Assembly: GCA_024679065.1 (NCBI GenBank)
Contig: JAGIQG010000012.1
Location: 58,280,001 to 58,344,000 of the forward strand
Direction: 5' to 3'
Length of the DNA stretch: 64,000 nucleotides
Source of the DNA: Sphyrna mokarran
Lineage: Eukaryota
The translations under genes and the position numbers were made by a program. The notes under the pieces were generated by a model. It did not search any database and was not told the DNA's origin. It worked only from the letters and a program-made list of their open reading frames with translations. Position 1 is the stretch's first letter. Every line of letters begins with the position of its first letter. Positions 12,571 through 22,560 of the stretch are shown here, in pieces.

Positions 12571-13753
12571 TAAGGAATAGTCATTGCATAACAGTGGTAG
12601 AATGTGACAGTCCATAAAATTTGCCAGCTGGTATCACAAGGAGCCTCTCCTTGTTCTTGCAGGCTCTGCCATCTCAAACCTGTATTACTGAAGCCCCTTG
12701 TACCAGGCAGCTGGAAAGTGGAAAAATATCAATCCAAATTACCTCTAAACAAGGACTCCAGCTTGCTTCCTGTAAATTCACATCTGCTCCATGTGGATGA
12801 GATGAACACTATACATCCAGTGGTGCTTCCAACAAAGATATGGTGTAACTGTCTCTTTAGTTATCAATCCAACCAGTTAACTACTTGACTGAACTAGCTG
12901 ATTGCAACACCACTGGGATTCCTCCCTCCAGCAATTTTGGCTAGCTCAGGGGAAAAAAAATTGGTAGGCTGTAACTGCACTCCACACACTGCTGCCCCCT
13001 CATGTCCAGTTGGCATTCTGACTGCATGCCATCAGAAATTTCCAGGCAAAATATAAGGTTAAATTAAATGCAACAAGAATGAAACAAAAGTCATTTGAGT
13101 CCCATCATAACATTACCAACTTGAAATCCCCGCTGGGGATTATTTTATTAACACACTCACTATGAACTTAATTGTGTTATGAATCACATCTGTCTTTATG
13201 ATGAGACTGGCTGGCAGTGCGGGTACCAACTTCCAGTGCCCACTGCACTGTTAGTGCATGGTGCTGTTTCGAATGAAACATTAATGACGGTGATATTATA
13301 ACTGCCATTTTATTCAGAGGTAATTTGCAACTGGCTTCTGCAGAATTATATTCTATCAATATCAAAACGACATTGCACATGCAATAGAAAGTTGCTAGTT
13401 CTCCAGTAATGCTGAAAAATATTCACATACGGTCTGTGAAGATTAGTTGCAAGCAGTGGATGAGGAGCTGAAACCTTTTAAAAATGTATGGCAAGTCACT
13501 AATGTAAACAGGCTGTTGGAAGATGCCAGAGAAAGCAAAGTCTGTTTTTTTCACATTTTTTTTCCTCTGCCCATCTCGGCCCTCCCACTCACCCATCTTA
13601 TAAATTGTGGTTGACTGGCGCAAATTCACAGCTTTGGAAGTGTACATAAAACCGCGCTCTCACACAACACACACACAGGATTATATCCCAAAAGGGAAAC
13701 ACGACCGAGATCGATGTCTGGGGTACCGGCTGCTGACTGACCTGTGGGCTCAC

Positions 13754-13886
13754 CGTATTTAGTCTGGTTGGAGGTGCCTGTGGTTTTGCTGAAGGATTCC
13801 TCCCAGATGGGGACGTACTCCGGGATCTCCGAGGGTTCTTCAATGGGAAGATCGCATAATCTGCTCATCGAAATCACCAATGTCAT
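13754..13886 (-). CDS. SERTAD4: SERTA domain-containing protein 4, first coding exon (exon 13754-13901 including 15 nt of 5'UTR)
   Basis: ATG at 13886 gives MTLVISMSRLCDLPIEEPSEIPEYVPIWEESFSKTTGTSNQTKY, resembling the SERTAD4 N-terminus (MTLVLSMNRFCEPIV..EIAGYQTLWE). Acceptor ttttgcag|c at 13902/13901; phase-1 donor ACG|gtgagc at 13754/13753. Confidence 0.9.
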
Positions 13887-14358
13887 TTCTCAGCCGAGGT
13901 GCTGCAAAATCACATAGAGAGAGCGAGAGACTCACTTGGTCCACTGTGTGTGGGGAATGTGCGGCTGAACAAGGGGAAAGAGCTCTGCAGTTTATTTGCT
14001 GCAACGCCTTGGGGTTATTTCAGCTCCCCAACCAAACCTCCTTGTCCATAAATTAAAAAAAAAACAAACCCTCCGATTCAATTCTTCGCTCAAGTGGGGC
14101 GATCGCCCACCACTGCCCATTAACTTTAAACCAAACAGGTCCACGGTTTGGGATCCTTTCTATCGACACCAGGGTCGTTTTTCTCCCTCCCGCCCGGCAA
14201 AAAGATGAGAATGTCTTACCAGTCATTCAGAGTGGACTCCGGCGGCAGTCCAGCCTGGGAAACTTGCGAGAAATGGACAGGATGCAAAACGACAGCAAAG
14301 AGCCCGGGTCCTGGAGTCACAACCCTGAGAGAACGGGACGGGAGAATTGGCTCAGAAT

Positions 14359-14383
14359 TGTGTGTGTGTGTGTGTGTGTGTGT
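14359..14383. repeat. (TG)12 microsatellite
   Basis: Direct reading. Confidence 0.95.
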
Positions 14384-15402
14384 CGAGTCCCGGAGGAGCC
14401 AAGCACAACGTCAAAAGCATGCAGATTAAACAAGCATTGGTATTTGAGGGAGAACTAACTAGATGGAAGATAAACAAAACACATTCTCACCAGCCCCTTT
14501 CCCTCCCTTCCCCAACACCACACATTCTACTAAATGGTAAATAACTGGGCTAAATACTGCTTTCTAACCCAAGTGATTCCTTCTTTATTTTTCGCCATTC
14601 ACCGCCAGATTTTTTTTTTGATATATATGAAATACAGATTACATCCTGCATTCCGTGAAGAGCCCGGGTTGCCAAATATACTTTGGAATCCAGTTGGTTC
14701 TGGCGTGGAATATCTTAAGGGAGGGTGTCTCTTGGAAATTCCACACCACAGGCAAAAAGGTAAATCCATTTTAACCCGAGTTTAGCTGGCAGTGTTCGGA
14801 GGAAAATGAAACTTTTAAACTGGATCTTCCTCCACCTTCCCCCCCCCCCCAGCAACCAAAGGAGCTGGTGTTACAGATCTCACACACGTACTGAGTGGTG
14901 AATGAATCAAGATGGTCAAAGGATTGCGGACAAACTTTATTTTCCGTCCTCCAAAAATTGTTTTTTTTTATTTAAAAAAAAATCCACCTTCACAATAAGT
15001 ACACACTGGGAGGAGTGAAGGGGAGGTTGGTCCATAATTCTCCCCTCCACCTCTGTCCGAAACGACTTTAAACAGTAAAAAGCGAATAAAAGAAAACACG
15101 AAATCCCAAAGACATACCTAATTGTGTCAGCAGCTCGGCTGGTGGAAGTGGCCCGGGACGCGGGGGAGCTAATTGCCACATTTCAGAGTGCTTACACTCA
15201 TATCCCCAGGAATCCTACCTACAGTGTCCATTTCCCCATAGAAGGAAAACTGTTGAGACGCCGAATGAATGCTCCCAGTATTTGTGAGGAATGGGGCGGG
15301 GTCGCTTTAAGGATTGGTTGCTGACAAGTCCAGCCACACAGCAGCCCTTCATTGTGAAAAGCAGAGGGGCCCGGCCTCCCGGGGAAGCAGGCTCTGCCAT
15401 TC

Positions 15403-15410
15403 CTTTTATA
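15403..15410 (-). promoter_or_regulatory. Candidate TATA box (TATAAAAG); predicted TSS near 15380
   Basis: Perfect TATAWAWR on the SERTAD4 strand inside the CpG-rich region, followed by donors TAG|gtagga (15219) and TAG|gtatgt (15118). Confidence 0.55.
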
Positions 15411-16204
15411 GAGCACATCTGATAGCCGCTTGTGACCACGCGGTCAGACGTGGCAACGGGGAGGGTTTTTTTTTCTGTAAACTTACTTCCCCCCCCCCCC
15501 AACTCCTGATTTCCGGATGTTAGTCTCCCACCTCCCCTCCACAGATACATAAATCAGATAGGGGTTCAACCCTGGCAACATCGTGCTTCCCTCCAGGGCT
15601 ACACACAAATCTATTGCTGCATCAGCAATGGAATTGCACTCGACACTCTCCCAGTGCGGTTTGCATCAAGCTCGGCCAGTTTTGTGCAGGAACTACACAC
15701 CGGGCTGAGACAGCAGAGCCCTCCCTGCACAGGGGCTCAGCACTGCTGGACCAGACCCTGGGAGAGACCTCCCTCCAACTCACACACACCCATCAACAGA
15801 GGCTCCCTGCAACACCTTCTGTGCTCGCTGCAACCTCCCTCCCCCCCCCCCCCAAATGTCAGCCGCTGGCTCACATCTGGAAGTGACCGCAGATGCACGG
15901 TTATTTCATAGGGGCCAGCCCTTCACTCACTCACTGGTGCCCGTCCTCGGCTCGGTGGATGCTGCTGCAAAGGACATTTGACAGTTTCCCTCCGGGCTCT
16001 GTGCGAGATTGAATGCAGGGCGTCAGTGTTGTTCCGGATTCAAATAGCCTGGCAGACCGCACCTCGCCCTCCCCATTCTTTCCCTTTTCAAACAAAAAAA
16101 CATGCTCCAGCAAGTAGTCGGATCAGCGAGGCCAATTTGTGTCCGCCAGCCGCTTTCTTGGGGAGGCTATAGCGCTGTCTTAAAGGCGATGCACAAACGC
16201 AGGT

Positions 16205-16285
16205 ACTGAGCAAGGGTCATCGACCTGAAACTGTTTCTCTGACCCACATGTACTGCCCGACCTGCTGAGTATTTGCAGCAATTGA
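16205..16285 (+). mobile_element. Penelope-like terminal fragment
   Basis: agggtcatcgacctgaaac (stem II + GAAA) tgtttctct..ccaca..tactgcccgacctgctgagtatttgcagca. Confidence 0.6.
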
Positions 16286-17707
16286 TTTGCAATTTTTTTT
16301 TGAAGTTCAGATTAGGAAACAAGCCTCTTAATGTGTCACTAATTAATTAATGTACCCTGATTGACACCATGGTTTCAGTTAAAAATCTTACAAGAGACCC
16401 GGCACAAAATTGAGATGGGTCAGCGCCCTTCGAAATCCCAAATTGGCACCCACGGCCAGCGTGCTGCACTCCATAATGAGGGGGTCCAAAAATGAATGTG
16501 GTCTGGAGCATGCAGAACTAGGCTGATGGTGCTATCAGTTAGTGTGCAGGGCTCATTTTGATGCCAGCAGTGTCACTTTGGAGCTCAACATTCCAGGTAA
16601 CATCTCCTAACTTTGCATGGGTGAACAGAAGTTCATCGGGACCCTCCTCCCCCCATACTCAGCATGATTTAAGGCTCCGTCAACTACTTAGAGGCGAATT
16701 GCTGGTTGATTCCATGTGTTGTCTATAGTTAGCTGAAGTTGTTGCCGATTACTGTGAGTGGTGTAGCAGGTGTGAAGGAATTTATGTTTAGATTTCTGCA
16801 ATTGGTCACCCAACTATGAGTGCACTCATAGGCATTCTCTTGGAATACAGCCTGGCCTGAAGAATGAATAGAGACAGGGGCAGCAAGGCAACCTGCTGGA
16901 AGAGGAAGGGGGGAAGAACTTTCAGCACAAGACCATAATTGCCTGAGGTTTAAGGGAACAATTCTCCTTACTGATGCTCAGCAAGTCAACAATGTGTGTG
17001 ATTTTGGTGCTTCAGAAGGATGTCCTCATCGAAATTTATCATCTGCTGTAGCCACAACAACAACCTGAGAGCAGAACAAAAGTTGCACTACCAATGGCTA
17101 TCGAGGTGACCGCAGCGATGAGCTTGTAGCCAGACTGGAGATATTTACAACTTCTTTCAGTTTGCCATCCATTGTTGCATAAGGGAGATCATTGAAGCTT
17201 TCTGTTCATCAAGAACTAATCACATGTCATTTCTTCTTGCCGGAGGAAAGTAGGCACAGTGAGAGACATCAGTGGGACTGCAAGCTTCGTCAAGGTGCAG
17301 CATGTCACTGACTGCATACACATCAATTTGTGGACACTGCATAATAATTCTGCCTTACGATGGAACTGCAAGGAATCCCACTCCCTCAATATCCAGCAAG
17401 GGTGTGACCATAGAGAATCAATTCCTGGAATCCTGGGGGCAGTCATATCTTTATTCCTTGGCAGTTTGCTGTGCTTTTATGCCACTCCGACAAAAGATGG
17501 TTGCTGGGTGATGAAAGTGATTCATTGATGACATGGCCAGTGACTCTGGTGCACAACCCATGCACATATGAGCAGTTTGAATTCAATCAAAGGCATGTAG
17601 CAGAAGAAATGGGACAGAGCAGACTGCTGGCATTCTGAAACAAAGTTCCCTGGACTGGGCTGTACAGGATACCTACTGGACTCAACTAAGTGGGAGTGAA
17701 AATTTCA

Positions 17708-17880
17708 AAGAATCCCTACAGTACAGAGGTCATTTGGCCCATCGAACCTGCACCGACAACAATCCTACTGAGGCTGTAACCCTGTGACCTCACATATTTA
17801 CGCTGAATAAGGTGCAATTTAACATGACCAGTCAACCTAACCCACAAATCTTAGGACAATGGAAGGAAACTGAAGAAGAC
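17708..17880 (-). mobile_element. HE1-type SINE, 3' half
   Basis: gaatccctacagtacaga..catttggcccatcgaacctgcaccgac = reverse complement of the HE1 tail; truncated by the next copy. Confidence 0.85.
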
Positions 17881-18202
17881 CATAGAAACTCTACAACGCA
17901 GAAGGAAGCCATTTGGCCTATCGAGTTGCATTGACAACAATCCCACCCCAAGCCCTATCCCACAATCCCGAACATTTACCCCACTAATCTCTCCAATCTA
18001 TACGTCCTGAGATGTATAGATTTGCAATTTAGCAGAGCCAATCAATCTAACCCACACATCTTTGGACCATGGGAGGAAACCGCAGCTCGCAGAGGAATCC
18101 CACAAAGCCAGAAGGAGAATGTGCAAATTTCACCAGTCATCCGAGGCAGGAATTGAACCCAGGTCCCTGGTGCTATGAGGCAGTAGTGCTAACCACTGTG
18201 CC
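17881..18202 (-). mobile_element. HE1-type SINE, near full length
   Basis: catagaaactctaca... to ...gtgctaaccactgtgcc. Confidence 0.9.
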
Positions 18203-18916
18203 GGAGTGGTAATCTGCTGCATGCTGCCTTTGAGGAGCAGTCCAATTATACAATGACCAGCTGAGGAGCAGGAATATGAGCACGAGGAGATGCAGAGTAT
18301 GTGGAGTAGGAGGAAAATGCAACTTCAGTCGGCCTCTTTTGCCCAGGTATCCCTAAGGAGCTCATCTCAGTGCAATACCAGTAAACATCAAAGCCCAATT
18401 TCCCATTCACCGCACTTTACTTTCACTCTGAACTGATCATCACAATGTCCACTTAGCCAAGATGCAAAAATAAATGTCACCATAAAATTAATATTTCAAA
18501 CCAAATTTATTGATGAAATCATTCCATAAGCAAAATAAACATAAACTAATCGCTTCTGCATTCCCTCAGTTCTTCTCTTCTGTGTTCCTTTGACTGCCTG
18601 GTGCTCCTTTGCAATTAGGTCAATTAGCTTTTGCATACTTGGTGGAAAAACTGCAGAACTGAAGGATGACCTCAAGCACCTCTGCTTTGGACTGCACCAT
18701 CTTGACAGCAAGCAGCAAGGGTACTGGCTGAGTGGCAGTGATGGGAGAATGAGTGTTGTCATCCTGAGAGGGGATAGCTCTCGTAGGGGTTTATGATCCG
18801 TGAAATACTGCCCCTCTCCCAGGGCAGCTATTTTTGCAATCTGGTGACAGACTACCGGAATTCTCCAAGCCCATTTGAATACTGGTATCCGCCAGTATAA
18901 TCACACTGCTCTGAAC

Positions 18917-20358
18917 TTAGAACATAGAACATAGAACATTACAGTGCAGAACAGGCCCTTCGGCCCTCGATGTTGCGCCGACCAATTAGGAACAAGCAGT
19001 GACCCTCTAACCTAAACCATTCCCTTTTCATCCATAAACTTATCTACTAACCTCTTAAACGCCACCAAACTTGGCGCATCTACAACTGACGCAAGCAGGG
19101 CATTCCATACCCTTACCACCCTCTGGGTAAAGAACCTACCTCTGACATCTGTCCTAAAACCACCACCCCTTAATTTAAAGCTATGTCCCCTCGTGCTAGC
19201 TTTCTACATCCTAGGAAAAAGGCTATCACTGTCCACCCTATCTAAACCTCTAATCATCTTATATGTTTCAATAAGGTCTCCTCTTAGCCGCCTTCTTTCT
19301 AACGAAAACAACCTCAAATCCCTCAGCCTCTCTTCATAAGACCTGCCCTCCATACCAGGCAACATCCTGGTAAACCTCCTCTGTACCCTCTCCAATGCCT
19401 CCACATCTTTCTTATAATGTGGGGACCAGAACTGCACACAATACTCCAAGTGCGGCCGCACTAGAGTTTTGTACAGTTGCAACATGACGTTGCGGCTCCG
19501 AAATTCAATCCCCCTACCAATAAAAGCTAAGACTCCGTATGCCTTCTTAACAACCTTATCGACTTGATTGCCAACTTTCAGGGATCTATGCACATATACA
19601 CCAAGATCCCTCTGTTCATCAACACTATTAAGAATCCTACCATTAGCCCTATACTCTACACATTTATTATTCCTGCCAAAGTGCATTACCTCACACTTTT
19701 CACATTAAACTCCATTTGCCACCTCTCGGCCCAGCTCTGCAACTTGTCCAAGTCTCTCTGCAAACTATAACACCCTCTTCACTATCTACCACTCCTCCGA
19801 CTTTGGTGTCATCCGCAAATTTACTAATCCATCCTTCAATACCCTCATCCAGATCATTTATAAAAATTACAAACAGCAGGGGCCCCAAAACAGATCCCTG
19901 AGGTACACCACTAGTAACCGAACTCCACGATGAATATCTCCCATCAACCACCACCCTCTGTCTTCTATCTGCTAGCCAATTCCTAATCCAATTAGCTAAA
20001 TCACCCTCAATCCCATACATCTGCATTTTCTGCAGAAGCCTTCCATGGGCCACCTTATCGAACGCCTTACTAAAGTCCATATATACCACATCAACTGCCT
20101 TACCCCCATCCACCTCTTTGGTCACTTTTTCAAAAAACTCAATAAGGTTAGTAAGGCACGACCTACCCTTCACAAAACCATGCTGACTATCCCCAATCAA
20201 TTCATTTCTCTCGAAATAACTATAAATCCTATCCCTAATAATTCTCTCCAATACTTTGCCCACAACAGAAGTAAGACTCACCGGCCTATAATTCCCCGGA
20301 AAGTCTCTCTTCCCCTTCTTGAACAATGGGACCACATTCGCTATCCTCCAGTCTTCCG
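18917..20358 (-). mobile_element. Young 5'-truncated CR1 LINE (RT domain, C-terminus, 3'UTR, (TTCTATG)n tail)
   Basis: [71 protein letters not shown]; one frameshift near 19770 and one stop near 19205. Confidence 0.97.
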
Positions 20359-20960
20359 TGGCTTGCATGGCAATAAACTGAGGAATTTCAGTCTGAGCTT
20401 TCACACTTGGGGGGCAGTTGTATTGTAACAAAAGATGAAGCATTGAGCAGTGCACTCTGGAAAATGATTGGTTTTAGAAGTGTTTTGTGGGAGTTGGCCA
20501 CCATTTTCTGGCTGGAAAAGACAGGCTCCAAGCTCTACTCATAGCTTTGTGCCATGTTGATGCCAGACTCCCTCTTGCTCCTTGTCCATTGAATTTCATT
20601 GAGGTTTTCTAATACATCAAACATTTCATTGTCCAAAGCAGTCAGTTCTGTTTTGTAGCCTGTAGCATCAAAGTCATTGTCTGAGTCCTCTAGGGCAGAA
20701 TTCACATGCAACCTTACCCTTTCTGTACTACCCTATTTCCCTGCCCAGGCTGCAATGTATTTGTGCCTGATGCAGCCTCAAATCTATCCGATGTGCAGAA
20801 TGTCAGTATCTGAGCTGGTACCAGTGAGTATGAAATCGTGCGCTGGCCTTTACCATCATCACTCTCTTCTCGACTTGCTCCCACTGCCTGGTCAGGTTGC
20901 ACATCTTGGGTATTTGAAAGATAAAAGGCTCAAATGTTAAAGTTTGGATACAGGAAGCAT

Positions 20961-21133
20961 TCTCACAACACCAGGTTAATGTCCAACAAGTTTATTTGGT
21001 AGCATGATCTTTTGGAAGTGCTGCTCCATCATCAGGCTAATGAGCAGCGCTCCGAAAGCTCCAGCTACCAAATAAACCTGTTGGACTTTAACCTGGTGTT
21101 GTGAGACTCAGTCCAATGCTGATATCTCCACAT
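20961..21133. mobile_element. Palindromic Penelope-like terminal element with two opposed hammerhead-like cores
   Basis: tctcacaacaccaggttaa.gtccaaca.gtttatttggtagc ... gctaccaaataaacctgttggactttaacctggtgttgtgaga; centre: minus CTGATGA tggagc agc acttc caaa, plus ctaatga gc agc gctc cGAAA gct. Confidence 0.8.
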
Positions 21134-21329
21134 TAAAGTTCTAATGAGGAGAGGTGGGAAGTAACACGTGCACTTTACACCATTTGCAGTTTGCAGAGAG
21201 TGTGAGGTGAGAGGAAAGTGAAATGTGAGAAGGAGGATGAGGTATAAGTACACTGTCATCTGCTATAGTTTCAACCCCAGTGCTGACCATGACCTCAGTG
21301 ATGGCTTTCCCAATAATGACCGGCACAAT

Positions 21330-21840
21330 CACCTCCATGGTGCTCGGACCTGCAAGCACATAGTAGGGAAAAGGGGAGGAGAGATTAGCTCCTGCCATTT
21401 CCGGCTATGCATCACCTTTATAATGAGACAAAGAGAGGGAAGTGTGTCAATGAGTGTTGTGTCATTTGTTTATATTATGCTGTTGCCAAGGTAGAGAATT
21501 TGGCATGTTTGCACACTTTAAGATGTCAATTTGAGATTTGCAGCAAATCTAAGTGCCCGAGGATGCAGCAAATCGTGTAAATGTTATGTGTGAATTCCAG
21601 TTGATAAAGATTCTTGGCAGATGAGTAATGAGGGTGTGGTGAATTGAGCAGTGTCTGAAGCTAGTAGTGCGGATGGTTGGATGTGAATCTGAAGATGCAC
21701 TCACTGACCTTGACCATGTGTCATTGAACTTCTTGCAGCACTGCGTTCAGGCCCTTAAGGCATGAATCTTAGCAGTGACCTCCAAGGCTACCTGCTGCTA
21801 CTGCCTTCTGATCTTCTGTGAATATGGAACATCTCTCTTT
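21330..21840 (-). pseudogene. Harbinger Myb/SANT (trihelix) DNA-binding gene remnant; probably continues to ~18500
   Basis: Minus strand TQCCKKFNDT (QCRKKFNDL motif) near 21750-21715, followed by an intron-like segment and KVMHSRKWQEL (KxAHNxxE motif) near 21415; convergent with the nuclease at 16820-18390. Confidence 0.7.
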
Positions 21841-21889
21841 CATAATGGCCCAGATATTCAAGAATCAGCAATCAACATAGGGTTGATCT

Positions 21890-22560
21890 GAGGTGGCTGA
21901 GATGGTAGTTTGGGTCTGGGGCTTATTGGGGAATAGGATGGTTGGAATTGGAAGGTAATCAGGTTGATTGAGGGGGTTCATTGGATTGGGGTGGGGGGTA
22001 GTTGGGTCAGGTCAGGGTGGTACTTGTGTGTTTGGGAGTGCTTGACTCAGGTTGGTTGTTAATTTGGTCAGGTTGCGACAGTAGTCAGGTTAGGCTGGGG
22101 GGGTCTGTCAGATCAGGAGTATATTTAGCTTAGGGGAGTCAGGCTGGGTCAGGATCGAGGTAATTGCATCAGGTCAGAGGTTTTTGGCTGGTCATTAGGG
22201 AGGGTGGGTAGATGAGGTATTGGGTAATCAGGAGGTTGTAAAACAGAGAGTCAGGCCTGGTCAGAGTAAGTGACAGGGGGTTTTGAGTGGACAAGGAGGC
22301 AGTCAAGTTATCAGGAGATGGTCAGGGATAATCAGGTGCTTGGGGTTAACTAGGTTTGGTCAGGTGAGGGAAGTTTGGGGAGGGGGTTTAGTCAGTTCAG
22401 GTCAGGGGAGTAATTCTGTGTCCTCAGAGGGATAGTTGATTCAGGTCGGGGGCAGTACTGAGGTGATCTGCAGAGTTAGTTGGATGGGGGTAGTCAGGCT
22501 GAGTCAAGAGGGTAGTTAGGAAGGATCGGTATGAGTGACTGATGAGTCGGTGCTGGAGTA
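21890..22560 (+). repeat. G/T-rich low-complexity tract of degenerate gggtcagg / gtagtcagg units
   Basis: Direct reading; strongly C-poor on the plus strand. Confidence 0.7.

Larger units (their letters stand above)
13650..16200 (-). promoter_or_regulatory. CpG-rich promoter / 5' region of SERTAD4 with non-coding first exon(s)
   Basis: CpG and GC content visibly elevated relative to the CpG-depleted flanks, free of interspersed repeats, GC box ggggcgggg near 15293, several strong minus-strand splice donors, directly upstream of the first coding exon. Confidence 0.75.
16820..18390 (+). pseudogene. Decayed Harbinger DDE transposase gene, interrupted by SINEs at 17708-18202
   Basis: Ordered motifs across stops and frameshifts: REQFS.L.LS, KDVLIEIYHLL, ALPMAIEVTAA, GDIYNFFQFAIHCCIREIIEAF, VQHVTDCIH (IDCTH), NCKESHSLNIQ..CDH, PGGSH, and after the SINEs VVICCML plus an acidic tail. 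Confidence 0.85.

Noticed and set aside
13626-13741. Extension of the SERTAD4 ORF to the stop at 13626
   Set aside because: Intronic read-through past the splice donors; homology continues in the exon at 309-424.
13902-13935. Donor CAA|gtgagt just upstream of the 13901 acceptor
   Set aside because: Would give a 34-nt intron, too short for vertebrate splicing.
19700-20455. 251-aa reverse transcriptase ORF as a functional or domesticated gene
   Set aside because: 5'-truncated CR1 with a frameshift and a stop; the N-terminal residues come from unrelated flanking DNA.
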